NCBI GenBank assembly: GCA_965216605.1
Contig: CBDCGG010000002.1
Coordinates: 1,159,871 to 1,223,870 of the forward strand
From: Alphaproteobacteria bacterium
GTDB lineage: Bacteria > Pseudomonadota > Alphaproteobacteria > JABAAW01
Direction of reading: 5' to 3'
DNA: 64,000 nt
In this document: piece after piece, positions 48,844 through 58,217 of the stretch
How positions within the stretch are numbered: position 1 is the stretch's first letter
Layout: every line of letters starts with the position of its first letter
Notes under the pieces: model-generated
The model's input: the letters and a program-made list of their open reading frames with translations, nothing else
Told to the model about the DNA's origin: nothing
Database searches by the model: none
Position numbers and translations under genes: made by a program

Positions 48844-50112
48844 TTACTCCTCATTCGCTTTTTTAATAGCGGCTACAATAGCAATTTTGGTCGCGTGAAC
48901 CCATTCGTGTCTATTGTCAAAGTTGGCATGAATATATTTTTCAATTTCTCTATATTTTTTTGTTTTGAGGGAATATTCTAACTTATACGCTCGATCGGGA
49001 TCGGATGTTTGATAGGAATTCAGTCGTTGTGTTACATCTCTTGCAATGCCAACTTTATAAATATCAGGAAAAGCAGGATTCGATATAATGTAGATATAAC
49101 CTGAATCTCTATCGACGGTGGTAGTATCGGTTGGCTTTGGCGGATCAGTAAGAAAATTAGGCTCTTTTCTAAAAATATCGGTAGGAACTTCTTTATCTAA
49201 TCGCGCCCTTATAAAATCAAACGCTTTCGCTCCTACATCTATGCCTATCCATTCTCGCCCTAATTTCTCGGCTGCCACACAAGTTGTAGCGCAGCCACAA
49301 AACGGATCCAACACCATGTCCCCCTCGTTGCTACTTGTTTTTATAATGCGTTCCATTAACGCAAGCGGTTTTTGAGTTCGGTAACCTGTTTTTTCGTCGG
49401 CTATGCCTTGAATAAATGGAATTTTAAAAACATTGTCTGATTTTCCTTCTTTAAGATACGCTTTACGAACTACCCCGTTCTTATCATGGTATGTTTTAAA
49501 TTTTTGACCCTCCTCGTCTGTCTTGTTGTAGCGTTTAACAGACTTCTCATCATACTTAAAAAAAGTTTCTTTATAGTTAAAGATGTATTTATCTCCTTTC
49601 GTATAGAAAAAAATGTTGTCATAATTTTTAGGGTAATTGACCTTTCCTCCATGTGGCTTGAAATAATGCCAGATAATTTCATTTTTAAACGATTTTTCTC
49701 CAAAAGCTATATCCAATATAATCTTAAGATAATGGCTCATTGTTTGATCGCAATGCAGATACAAACTTCCAGTATCTTTTAATACTCGATGGCATTCAAT
49801 AAGTCGTATAGCCATATAAATTAAATAACAGTAATTCATTTCACTGCTAAACTGCTTTACTTCGCAAAGGTATTGAAAAAGCTTAGGGTTTTCAAATTCG
49901 ATGAATTTCACCCATTCATCCTTAATATCTTCTTTTCTAAATATATCCTTAAACCCAGCTCCCTGAGCACTGCTTTCAATTGGCGAGACATATTCTTCGT
50001 TGGTGTTAAACGGCGGGTCAAGATAAATAAGGTCGATGCAATCTGAATTGATACCCTCAAGAATATCAAGGTTATCCCTGCAGAAAATTGTACGAGACTT
50101 TACATTAAGCAT
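48844..50112 (-). CDS. Orphan beta-class N6-adenine DNA methyltransferase fused to C-terminal T5orf172/GIY-YIG-like domain (low-GC island d)
   Basis: Motif IV IDLIYLDPPFN precedes motif I VLDPFCGCATTCVAAEKLGREWIGID (beta-class order). C-terminal SGYIYIISNPAFPDIYKVGIARDVTQRLNSYQTSDP...NRHEWVHA is a T5orf172 motif. About 32% GC. No restriction-enzyme neighbour. Confidence 0.7.
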   Translation of the reverse strand: MLNVKSRTIFCRDNLDILEGINSDCIDLIYLDPPFNTNEEYVSPIESSAQGAGFKDIFRKEDIKDEWVKFIEFENPKLFQYLCEVKQFSSEMNYCYLIYMAIRLIECHRVLKDTGSLYLHCDQTMSHYLKIILDIAFGEKSFKNEIIWHYFKPHGGKVNYPKNYDNIFFYTKGDKYIFNYKETFFKYDEKSVKRYNKTDEEGQKFKTYHDKNGVVRKAYLKEGKSDNVFKIPFIQGIADEKTGYRTQKPLALMERIIKTSSNEGDMVLDPFCGCATTCVAAEKLGREWIGIDVGAKAFDFIRARLDKEVPTDIFRKEPNFLTDPPKPTDTTTVDRDSGYIYIISNPAFPDIYKVGIARDVTQRLNSYQTSDPDRAYKLEYSLKTKKYREIEKYIHANFDNRHEWVHATKIAIVAAIKKANEE

Positions 50113-50224
50113 GAGTTGAAGCCCAAATAAAATACGACCAATAACTAATTCACGCCAAAAGTAGACTTTTCTAGCGGTTTGTCAATAAAAAAATACGCTT
50201 TTATACAATTTTGCTAGAAATCAG

Positions 50225-50420
50225 CACCGTCAAGCAAACAGCCCTCTCGTACCCCCCACCCCCCCCGCGCACGCCATAGCGCGTTGCTTGCAACGCGCGT
50301 ACATGATGTTGCTAGCGTGCGCATGTTTTGCATCCGTCATAATACAAAGCCCGTCTGTTGCGTGAGCGCGTGCCTTTAAAAAGCACAAGCGCGAGCGCAA
50401 CAGACAAGACAAGGCCAGAC
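50225..50420. repeat. Dispersed modular repeat, copy R7 (inverted orientation; modules B-like+A)
   Basis: ccccccaccccccccgcgcacgccatagcgcg...atgttttgcatccgtcataatacaaagcccgtctgttgcgtgagcgcgtgcctttaaaaagcacaagcgcgagcgcaacagac is the reverse complement of module A. Confidence 0.75.
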
Positions 50421-50493
50421 ACGCTCAACTCCACAAAGAAAACAGAAAACAAAAACTCCCCCAAAAACCCTCCAAAAACCACTTCCGAAACCC

Positions 50494-51045
50494 CTACTTC
50501 CTCCGCAGCCCCAGCCCCTCCCCCTGTCCCGCAACTGCCTCCAATTCCGCACACCCCGCACGCATCCCCTCAATAATATCCCCAATCCCACTCGGATACT
50601 CCTCAACACGCCGTGTCCGCAAATTCACATATCCGTAAATCCACTCCGAAATCGCCGCAATATAATCTCCCTCGCTACCGCCCTCATCCCTCGCATAATG
50701 CAACCACAAAACATGAAACAATTTCCCGTTCGCTCCCAATACCCTCCCCTCAAACGATAACCGATAACCCTCCCTTACCTCCCGCCGATACCTTATCTGC
50801 GTCTCTAATGTGAAAAAGGAAGCCCCAACCCGTTCCCGATACTCCCCGTCAATACCCATCTCCTCCAACAAAGAAAACGAAGCATCCGACGCGCTAGAAA
50901 TATACCACGCAACATTCATATGTCCGTTCGCATCTAAAGACTCGCGCCCCACAATCCCACCCCCAACCCGAAATGGATAGGACAACTGCTCGCTCACGCG
51001 CCCGCGCTCCGCTGCCTCAACAAACGACGAGCCTCCGCAAGACAC
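50494..51045 (-). CDS. 4HBT/YbgC-type hotdog-fold acyl-CoA thioesterase (true start probably internal)
   Basis: …SLDANGHMNVAWYISSASDA… matches the DxNxHxNN hotdog motif. The N-terminal about 25 aa overlap the upstream ORF and are probably not translated. Confidence 0.5.
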   Translation of the reverse strand: MSCGGSSFVEAAERGRVSEQLSYPFRVGGGIVGRESLDANGHMNVAWYISSASDASFSLLEEMGIDGEYRERVGASFFTLETQIRYRREVREGYRLSFEGRVLGANGKLFHVLWLHYARDEGGSEGDYIAAISEWIYGYVNLRTRRVEEYPSGIGDIIEGMRAGCAELEAVAGQGEGLGLRRK

Positions 51046-51374
51046 CCCGCCCGATCATCCACAAAATTTCGAGAAATCCACCACGACTCAACCTCTCCTA
51101 ATAATTTTCCCATCTGCACTCCCGCCTCAAGACCTTCCTCCCCCAAAATATCGCGCCCTCGCAGAGGAAAAAAAGGTCGCTCCAAACCCTTGAGCATACG
51201 CCACATCTCCCCCAACTTCTTTCGTTTCTCTGCCCCTGAATCTCCTGTGGGCATCGCCTCCTCCATCGCCGCGGCTACAACAATCTTATCCTCGACAACA
51301 ACGCGATCCTCCTCATACAGCAGCCGCAACAACCCCTCGCGCGAAGAAGGCAGAGCGTCCTCCGCCATCGTCAA
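50994..51374 (-). CDS. Hypothetical protein resembling the C-terminal tail of class II CCA-adding/poly(A) polymerase enzymes
   Basis: …FFPLRGRDILGEEGLEAGVQMGKLLGEVESWWISRNF… resembles the conserved C-terminal segment of bacterial CCA enzymes. No nucleotidyltransferase head is present, so it is a possible remnant. Confidence 0.25.
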   Translation of the reverse strand: MTMAEDALPSSREGLLRLLYEEDRVVVEDKIVVAAAMEEAMPTGDSGAEKRKKLGEMWRMLKGLERPFFPLRGRDILGEEGLEAGVQMGKLLGEVESWWISRNFVDDRAGCLAEARRLLRQRSAGA

Positions 51375-52129
51375 TCTTCCTGCTTCGCAGACTTCTTGGA
51401 CGACTTCTTAACAGATTTCTCGGATTCCTTCTTCGATGCCTTCTGGGTTTTCTCGTCTTGCTTATCTGCAAGTTTGGTCTCGAAGTTGTCTTCTTGGCTT
51501 TTTTCAGAATCTTGCGCCTTTTCCTCCGAGGACTCTAGTTTTTCCTCTAGTTTTTCCTCTGCTTTTTCTTCTTTAGTTTTTTTAGCGGGCTTTGCCTCTT
51601 TTCGCGTTTCTGCCTTGTTTGCTTCTCGTTCGGCGTTCTGTCGGGCTTGCTCTCGTTTGAGCGCCTGTCGCTTGGCTTCGTCCTCGCTGGGTGCAACGTT
51701 GATGTTGACGGCGACAGGAACTTCGGGGTGTAGGCGCACAGGCACAGCGAAAATTCCCGTCGAGCGCACAGGCTCTTCCAGCGTGACGAACTTCTTGCTG
51801 ATGATCGTTTGCAACTGTTGTTCGATCGCTTCTGCGATGTCCTGAGGTCGGACCGAGCCGTAAAGATGTCCGCTTTCGCCTGCGGCTCGCACTAAGATCA
51901 CCTCTTTTCCGTCGAGTTTTTGTTGTACTGTCTCAGCTTCGGCTTTTCGGGCTTGGTCTCTGGTGTCGATTTGTATCTGTTCTTTTTTGGCGCGTTTTCG
52001 ATTCTCTACGGTGGCGAGCATGGCTTTACCTTGTGGCAGCAGCCAGTTGCGGGCGTAGCCTCGTTTGACCGAAACCTCGCTACCCGGAGCACCCAGATTG
52101 TCGATGCGCTCTAGCAGGATCACTTGCAT
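51371..52129 (-). CDS. rplI: 50S ribosomal protein L9 with about 100-aa K/E-rich C-terminal extension
   Basis: MQVILLERIDNLGAPGSEVSVKRGYARNWLLPQGKA... is canonical L9. The tail …EREANKAETRKEAKPAKKTKEEKAEEKLEEKLESSEEKAQDSEKSQED… is non-canonical. Confidence 0.8.
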   Translation of the reverse strand: MQVILLERIDNLGAPGSEVSVKRGYARNWLLPQGKAMLATVENRKRAKKEQIQIDTRDQARKAEAETVQQKLDGKEVILVRAAGESGHLYGSVRPQDIAEAIEQQLQTIISKKFVTLEEPVRSTGIFAVPVRLHPEVPVAVNINVAPSEDEAKRQALKREQARQNAEREANKAETRKEAKPAKKTKEEKAEEKLEEKLESSEEKAQDSEKSQEDNFETKLADKQDEKTQKASKKESEKSVKKSSKKSAKQED

Positions 52130-52142
52130 AGCTAGAACTCCG

Positions 52143-52487
52143 TCAGCGTGCGATGTAGGGCAGCAGCGCGAGGTAGCGCGCGCGTTTGACGGCAGCAGCA
52201 AGCTCGCGTTGTTTCTTGCGCGAAACGCCTGAGAGGCGGGCAGGAATAATCTTCCCTCTTTCCGAGATATAGCGTTGCAGCAAGGCGATATCTTTGTAAT
52301 CGATGACGGGCGCGCCTTCGCCAGAGAGCGGGCAGATCCTTCTGCGAGAGAAGCGGCGGATGCGCACCACGGGCGAGCGCAGATCCGTAGAGGAAGAGCT
52401 GTTTGCGTCCTCGCCTTCGTCTTTGTCCGCGCTTTCGTTTTGGCTTTCGTCTTTGTTGTCGTCAGACGGATTTTCTTCGGCGGTCAT
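52143..52487 (-). CDS. rpsR: 30S ribosomal protein S18 with about 35-aa acidic N-terminal extension
   Basis: S18 core …[68 protein letters not shown]… preceded by [33 protein letters not shown]. Confidence 0.85.
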   Translation of the reverse strand: MTAEENPSDDNKDESQNESADKDEGEDANSSSSTDLRSPVVRIRRFSRRRICPLSGEGAPVIDYKDIALLQRYISERGKIIPARLSGVSRKKQRELAAAVKRARYLALLPYIAR

Positions 52488-52957
52488 GATTTTTCATCGG
52501 TGTCGTTGGTTTCCGAATCTTTGTCTTCCTGCGCGTCGTCTGTCGAGGGGGTTTCGCGTGAGGTTTCGCTTGTTCGGCGTTCGCCGGTTCGAGTTGGAGT
52601 TGGAGATGGAGATGTTGTTTCTTGGTCGCGGTGCGCCTGAGCGGCGGCAATAGGGGTGGGTTGGGTTTCGGGTTGCGCTGTTTTGATGGTAAGAAGTCGG
52701 AGCAGGTCTTCGTTGAGGGCGAGGACGCGTTGCATTTCTTGGGTTGTTTCGGACAAGTTCGAGTGGTTGATGATGAAATAGTGTCCTTTGCGATTCTTGC
52801 GAATCGGATAGGCGAGGGTTCGTAGCCCCCAGGATTCGGCTCTGTCGATGGTTGCCTTGGCTGCCTTGAGGTCTTTTTGCGTCTTCGAGGCGATGCTCTC
52901 GGCTTGGCTGTTGGAGAGGTCTTGGCGTAGGATGAGAACGGTTTCGTAGTGGGGCAT
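52484..52957 (-). CDS. rpsF: 30S ribosomal protein S6 with long acidic/Thr-Pro-rich C-terminal tail
   Basis: [54 protein letters not shown]... S6 core, then an about 55-aa disordered tail. Confidence 0.8.
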   Translation of the reverse strand: MPHYETVLILRQDLSNSQAESIASKTQKDLKAAKATIDRAESWGLRTLAYPIRKNRKGHYFIINHSNLSETTQEMQRVLALNEDLLRLLTIKTAQPETQPTPIAAAQAHRDQETTSPSPTPTRTGERRTSETSRETPSTDDAQEDKDSETNDTDEKS

Positions 52958-53104
52958 AGGGTGTTTTCCTAGTGGGTTTCCTGTGGGGGGAGCAAGCTCG
53001 GGGATAAATTCCTCTTGGGGATAAATTCTCCTCGCGCTGACTCGATAGCTCGCGTCTTGCGGCGCGAGCTAAGGAATTGGAGAGAGTGTAGGGGGGATAC
53101 AAGC

Positions 53105-53400
53105 GGGGTGCAAGGCTTTTTTACGCAATCATCGAGAAAAAATGGAGGCTTGTGTTTTTGGCTGTGGAAACGCAAGACGAGCGAGCCTTAAGATTATTTT
53201 TGGGCGAAGAGAGTTTTGCGCATGGGGCACGAGCCGTCTTGCTCGCCTCGCAAAAAAGCGAGGCGAGAGGCGAGTGGCGGAGCGAGCAAAGCGAGCGAGC
53301 GTAGCTTAGAGCAGACGCAGTCCCCCCGCAAAAAGCGCGCCGCGAGCGGGCGCGTAAGCGCCTTCTACGCACGAGCGCACTTGTGCGCGTAGTGTGACAG
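53105..53400. repeat. Dispersed modular repeat, copy R8 (variant modules)
   Basis: aacgcaagacgagcgagcc (shared with R4), gcagtccccccgcaaaaagcgcgccgcgagcgggcgcgtaagcgccttctacgcacgagcgcacttgtgcgcgtag. Confidence 0.7.
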
Positions 53401-53451
53401 CCCGCCCGTTTTTTCTCCCGCCTTCTGCCTCCCTCTGCTACACTCGCTGTC

Positions 53452-54696
53452 ATGCATACCCAATCTCCCATCGTCGTCGCCATGTCTGGCGGCGTAGACT
53501 CTGCCACAACCGCAGCCCTGCTCAAAAAACAAGGGCACAAAGTCATCGGCATCACCCTGCAACTCCATCCATCTGCCCCGTCGGGGGAAACGCCCGCGCG
53601 CGCCAAAACCTGCTGCGCCGGCAGAGATATCTACGACGCGCAAAAAACCGCGAGAAAACTAGATATTCCTCACTATACCCTCGACTTCGAGGAACGCTTT
53701 CAAAATACCGTCGTCAAAGACTTCCTCCACAGCTACCGCAACGGAGAAACTCCGCTACCTTGCGTGCGTTGCAACCAGCACATCAAGTTCGACGCGCTGT
53801 TGCAAACAGCCGCAGAGCTTGGCGCGCAAGCACTCGCTACAGGACACTACGCGCGCATCGTTCCCAAAAACAACGCAAGGGATAACGACGCGCCCCAGCT
53901 TTTGCGAGGTGTCGATGGCAAGAAAGACCAAAGCTACTACCTCTTCGCCACAACAAAAGAGCAACTCTCCTTCCTGCGCTTTCCGCTCGGCGGCATGACG
54001 AAAGAGCAGACGCGCGAGCTTGCACGCGAGTTGGGCTTGCCGAACGCGGAGAAGGCGGAGAGCCAAGATATCTGCTTCGTTGCCAAGCACTACACGAAGC
54101 TGTTTCCTGAACTGCAAGGACAAGGACAAGGACACGGACAAGGACAAGGACGGGGAGGGGACAAAGGACAGACGAAGGGCGAGATTCGCGACATCGATGG
54201 CGCGCTACTGGGCGAGCACGAGGGAATTGCGGGCTACACCATCGGACAACGCAAGGGGTTGAGGTTGGGAGGCTTGGCTGAGCCGCTCTATGTTGTGGGA
54301 ATCGACGCTGCGCGCAACATACTCAAAGTGGGTTCGCACGAGGACTTGAGCGTGCGTGCAGTGCACCTGCGCGAGGTCAACTGGCTGGGCGAGCGGTTGC
54401 AGGCAAGGGAAAAAAAAGGGCAAGAAAAAGGACAAGAGCATGGATTTGGGGAGGAGGTGAGCGTGAAGTTTCGCTCGTTGATGGAGCCTGTGACAGCGCG
54501 TTGTAGCTTGCGGGGGCAGGAGGGGTGCTTGCGGGTTGTCTTTGCGGAAAAGCAGTACGGCGTTGCTTGCGGGCAGGCTTGTGTCGTCTATCGGGGCGAG
54601 CGCGTGCTAGGGGGAGGCATCATCGATCAAACGGTGAGCGCGTATGAGTATCAGTCGCAGTCGCAGTATCAGCGCGTGTTGGAGGTAGCCGAATGA
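53452..54696 (+). CDS. mnmA: tRNA-specific 2-thiouridylase MnmA (with Gly/Gln-rich insertions)
   Basis: PP-loop VVAMSGGVDSATTAALL and catalytic Cys region. Insertions ELQGQGQGHGQGQGRGGDKGQTKGE and EKKGQEKGQEHG. Confidence 0.85.
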   Translation: MHTQSPIVVAMSGGVDSATTAALLKKQGHKVIGITLQLHPSAPSGETPARAKTCCAGRDIYDAQKTARKLDIPHYTLDFEERFQNTVVKDFLHSYRNGETPLPCVRCNQHIKFDALLQTAAELGAQALATGHYARIVPKNNARDNDAPQLLRGVDGKKDQSYYLFATTKEQLSFLRFPLGGMTKEQTRELARELGLPNAEKAESQDICFVAKHYTKLFPELQGQGQGHGQGQGRGGDKGQTKGEIRDIDGALLGEHEGIAGYTIGQRKGLRLGGLAEPLYVVGIDAARNILKVGSHEDLSVRAVHLREVNWLGERLQAREKKGQEKGQEHGFGEEVSVKFRSLMEPVTARCSLRGQEGCLRVVFAEKQYGVACGQACVVYRGERVLGGGIIDQTVSAYEYQSQSQYQRVLEVAE

Positions 54697-54980
54697 GCGA
54701 AGCAGAAACAAGCCAGCAGGAACAGCTTGCGCGTTTGGCATTGTTGGCGCGCCTGCGTGTTGGGACAGGAGGGTCGGCGGACTTTGCCGCGATTGCCGAA
54801 TGGTTCGAGAAAGTTAAAAACATCGACACGGAAGGCATCGAGCCCATGACGAATCCTAGGGAAGAGAAAGTGCCTTTGCGTGCAGACAAGGTTAATGATG
54901 GCAAGGTGCGCGATGCCTTGCTTGCGAACGCTCCCGATGCGCAGCATGGGTTTTTTGTCGTACCTAAGGTTGTCGAGTAG
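54693..54980 (+). CDS. gatC: Glu-tRNA(Gln) amidotransferase subunit C
   Basis: 95-aa GatC (…VEHLARLARLRV… style, …EPMTNP…) directly upstream of gatA. Confidence 0.8.
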   Translation: MSEAETSQQEQLARLALLARLRVGTGGSADFAAIAEWFEKVKNIDTEGIEPMTNPREEKVPLRADKVNDGKVRDALLANAPDAQHGFFVVPKVVE

Positions 54981-54982
54981 CC

Positions 54983-56482
54983 GTGACGAATCCCTGCGAT
55001 TTATCGCTCTTAGAAATGAGCAAGCTTTTGGCTTGCGGCGACCTCTGCCCTGTGGCGTTGCTGGAAGAAGTGTTTAAGCGCGTCGAGAAAAACAAGCATC
55101 TCAACGCATTTATAACTTTAAACAAAGAAGGCGCGTTTCGACAAGCAGAGAAGAGTCGCCAACGCTTAAAAGAACGCTTAAAAGAAGGGCAGGGGAGAAA
55201 GTCGCAAGGTGTTTCTTTAGAAGGCATTCCTCTCGCCTATAAGGATATGTTTTGCACTGAGGGTTTGCGCACGACGGCGGGCAGTCGCATGTTGGAAAAC
55301 TTTGTGCCGCCCTATTCGGCGCATGTCGTGGAGCTGTTGGAGGCGGAAGGGGCAATCTGCGTAGGCAAGTGTAACCAAGACGAGTTCGCCATGGGCTCCG
55401 CCAGTATCACAGGCTTCAGCGGTGCGGTCGTCAGTAAAGCAGGCAAAGATCTGAGCGCGGGTGGCTCGTCGGGCGGTTCAGCCGTAGCAGTGGCGGCGGG
55501 TATTGTGCCTGCCGCGCTCGGCACAGACACCGGCGGCTCGGTCAGGCAGCCGGCAGCCTTTACGGGTTGCGTCGGTGTCAAGCCCACCTACGGACGCTGC
55601 TCGCGCTTCGGCATCATCGCTTACGCCTCCTCGCTCGATCAGGCGGGACTGTTCGCACGCTCGGTGGAAGATGCCTTTGCCGTACTTAACCATATCATTG
55701 ATTTCGACGAGCGTGATATGACAAGTATAAATTTTTACGGCGGAGAAAAAATTAAATCTAACTTTAATATAGGCGTTCTTTTACCTTCGTTAGATGTTGT
55801 AGAAAAATATCCCGCCCTATCCGAGTGGCTAAAAGGTATGGAAACCTTGCTAGGAAAAAAAGTTATCGAAGAAAACATGGTTTCGGGCAAAAAACACACA
55901 ATCAACAATGTCAATCTCCAAAGCCTTGAGAGCGGTGCGTTGGAGGCTTACTACATTATCGCCATGGCGGAAGCCTCGTCTAACCTAGCGCGCTACGACG
56001 GCGTGCGCTACACGCATCGCGCCGTCGAGCCCAAAGAAGGTTATACTATCGATGAGATGATCAGCAAAAGTCGTAGCGAAGGCTTTGGCTTTGAAGTGCA
56101 ACGGCGTATCCTTATGGGAACGCATGTCCTTTCCTCTGGTTATTACGATGATATTTATGTAAAGGCGCAAAAAATTCGCCGTCTCGTCTCCGAGACCTTC
56201 CGCAACATTTTTGAAACTTACGATATCTTGCTTTCTCCTGTAACACCCACGAGCGCTTTTACGCTTGAGGAGGCAAAAAGTTTTTCTCCACAAGCGATGT
56301 ACCTACAAGATTTCTTCACCGTCCCCGCCTCCCTAGCAGGATTGCCTTGTCTCTCTATGCCGTTTATTAAAGACGTTAGCGGACTGCCGATAGGTTTGCA
56401 AGTTATCGCCCCCGCCTTCCAAGAAGAACGCTTGTTTGCTGCTGCAAGCCAGCTCGAGCAAAAAATCGGATACAAGGCATGA
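54983..56482 (+). CDS. gatA: Glu-tRNA(Gln) amidotransferase subunit A
   Basis: Amidase signature GGSSGGSAVAVAAG...GTDTGGSVRQPAAF. 499 aa. Confidence 0.9.
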   Translation: MTNPCDLSLLEMSKLLACGDLCPVALLEEVFKRVEKNKHLNAFITLNKEGAFRQAEKSRQRLKERLKEGQGRKSQGVSLEGIPLAYKDMFCTEGLRTTAGSRMLENFVPPYSAHVVELLEAEGAICVGKCNQDEFAMGSASITGFSGAVVSKAGKDLSAGGSSGGSAVAVAAGIVPAALGTDTGGSVRQPAAFTGCVGVKPTYGRCSRFGIIAYASSLDQAGLFARSVEDAFAVLNHIIDFDERDMTSINFYGGEKIKSNFNIGVLLPSLDVVEKYPALSEWLKGMETLLGKKVIEENMVSGKKHTINNVNLQSLESGALEAYYIIAMAEASSNLARYDGVRYTHRAVEPKEGYTIDEMISKSRSEGFGFEVQRRILMGTHVLSSGYYDDIYVKAQKIRRLVSETFRNIFETYDILLSPVTPTSAFTLEEAKSFSPQAMYLQDFFTVPASLAGLPCLSMPFIKDVSGLPIGLQVIAPAFQEERLFAAASQLEQKIGYKA

Positions 56483-57990
56483 CCTCCCCTACAGATTCCT
56501 CGTTGCCTGACGGTTGGGAGATGGTCGTAGGGCTTGAGGTGCATGCGCAAATCAGCAGCGTCTCGAAACTCTTTTCAGGATCAGCGACCGCCTTCGGCGC
56601 AGAGCCGAACAGCCAAGTCAGTTTTATCGATGCCGCCATGCCGGGCATGCTGCCCTCGCTCAATCGCACTTGCGTCGAAAAAGCTTTGCGCACTGCCATA
56701 GCCCTCGGAGGTATCGAGAGCGTGAACAGGCACTCGGTCTTCGAGCGCAAAAACTACTTCTACCCCGACCTGCCGCAAGGATACCAAATCTCGCAGTTCG
56801 CCCTCCCCCTCATGCAAGGCGGTCGCGTCGCCATCACGCTAGAAGACGGCACGACGAAAACTATCGCCAAAACTATCTCTTTGGAACGATTGCACATGGA
56901 ACAGGACGCAGGAAAATCGCTCCACGACATGATCGCAGGCAAAACCGCGATCGACCTCAATCGCTCAGGGGTAGCCTTGATGGAAATCGTCTCGAAACCC
57001 GAACTCGCCTCGCCGCAAGAAGCCTCCGCCTATGTCGCAAAACTGCGCAGCATCCTACGCACCATCGATGCCTGCGACGGAAACATGCAAGAAGGCTCGC
57101 TGCGCGTCGATGCCAATGTCTCGGTGCGCAAAAAAGGCGACCCAAAACTGGGAACGCGCTGCGAAATCAAAAACCTCAACTCATTCAAATTTATGCGCCA
57201 AGCCATCCTCTACGAAGCACAAAGGCAGGTAGCCTTGCTAGAAGAGGGAGACAGCGTCGTACAGCAGACGCGCCTGTTCGATAGCGCGAAAGGCACGACG
57301 CGCAGCATGCGCTCGAAAGAAGAAGCGCACGACTACCGATACTTTCCCGATCCCGACATTCCTCCGCTGGTGATCGAGAGGGCGTGGCTTGAAGAGATTG
57401 CAGAAAATATGCCTGAGCTGCCCGATGCGCGTCGCGCTCGTCTCATAGAGGAGCACGGACTCTCTGGCGACGAGGCTTCTCTGTTGGGGGAAGATGCCGC
57501 GAGCGCAACCTATTTCTCGACGCTGGCAGCCTCTGTTCCCGCCAAAACGGCAGCAAACTGGATGACCTCTGAGCTCTTCGCGCGCTTGAGGACGCACGAA
57601 GTCGAGATCGATGCCGCAGCCAGTCGTTTGCGTCTGCCCGCCGAACGTGCCGTCAAACTGCTATTGCTGGTCGAGAAAAAAATCATCTCGGCGCGCGCCG
57701 CCAAAACCCTGCTCGATCGCATGCTCGAAAGCGACGAAGAGCCCGCAACGCTCGTCGAAGCGATGGGCTTGCAGCAGATGGGCGACGAGAAAACTCTGCT
57801 GCCCTTGTTGCAAGCCTTGCTCGACGAGAATCCGAAGCAGTGCGAAGCCTATCGAGGCGGCAAGCAGGCGGTCTTCGGATGGTTCGTCGGACAGGCGATG
57901 CAGCGCAGCAAAGGACGCGGCGACCCCAAGGTCGTGAACGCTCTGCTACGACGCTTGCTCGACACACAAGAGGAGCGAGGCGCACCATAA
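56479..57990 (+). CDS. gatB: Glu-tRNA(Gln) amidotransferase subunit B
   Basis: GatB N-terminal (…WEMVVGLEVHAQISS…KLFSG…) and a C-terminal YqeY-like domain. Confidence 0.9.
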   Translation: MTSPTDSSLPDGWEMVVGLEVHAQISSVSKLFSGSATAFGAEPNSQVSFIDAAMPGMLPSLNRTCVEKALRTAIALGGIESVNRHSVFERKNYFYPDLPQGYQISQFALPLMQGGRVAITLEDGTTKTIAKTISLERLHMEQDAGKSLHDMIAGKTAIDLNRSGVALMEIVSKPELASPQEASAYVAKLRSILRTIDACDGNMQEGSLRVDANVSVRKKGDPKLGTRCEIKNLNSFKFMRQAILYEAQRQVALLEEGDSVVQQTRLFDSAKGTTRSMRSKEEAHDYRYFPDPDIPPLVIERAWLEEIAENMPELPDARRARLIEEHGLSGDEASLLGEDAASATYFSTLAASVPAKTAANWMTSELFARLRTHEVEIDAAASRLRLPAERAVKLLLLVEKKIISARAAKTLLDRMLESDEEPATLVEAMGLQQMGDEKTLLPLLQALLDENPKQCEAYRGGKQAVFGWFVGQAMQRSKGRGDPKVVNALLRRLLDTQEERGAP

Positions 57991-58217
57991 GCAAGGTAAC
58001 AGGACGACAACAAACGCCAACAAAATTTTTGTGGAAAACTTTTGTTTCTTTGTAAAATTCATTTGCCAAAGCTTGCAAGAAGTTGTAGCATGCGCCTCCG
58101 ATGGAGAGGTTTGCCTCATTCCTAAGTGCTTTCTTGTTGCATCAAGCAGCATAGGAGAGCACTTGGCACAAATCTTGATTTTACAGGACATAGAGTTAAC
58201 GAGAGAAGGAACATTTT

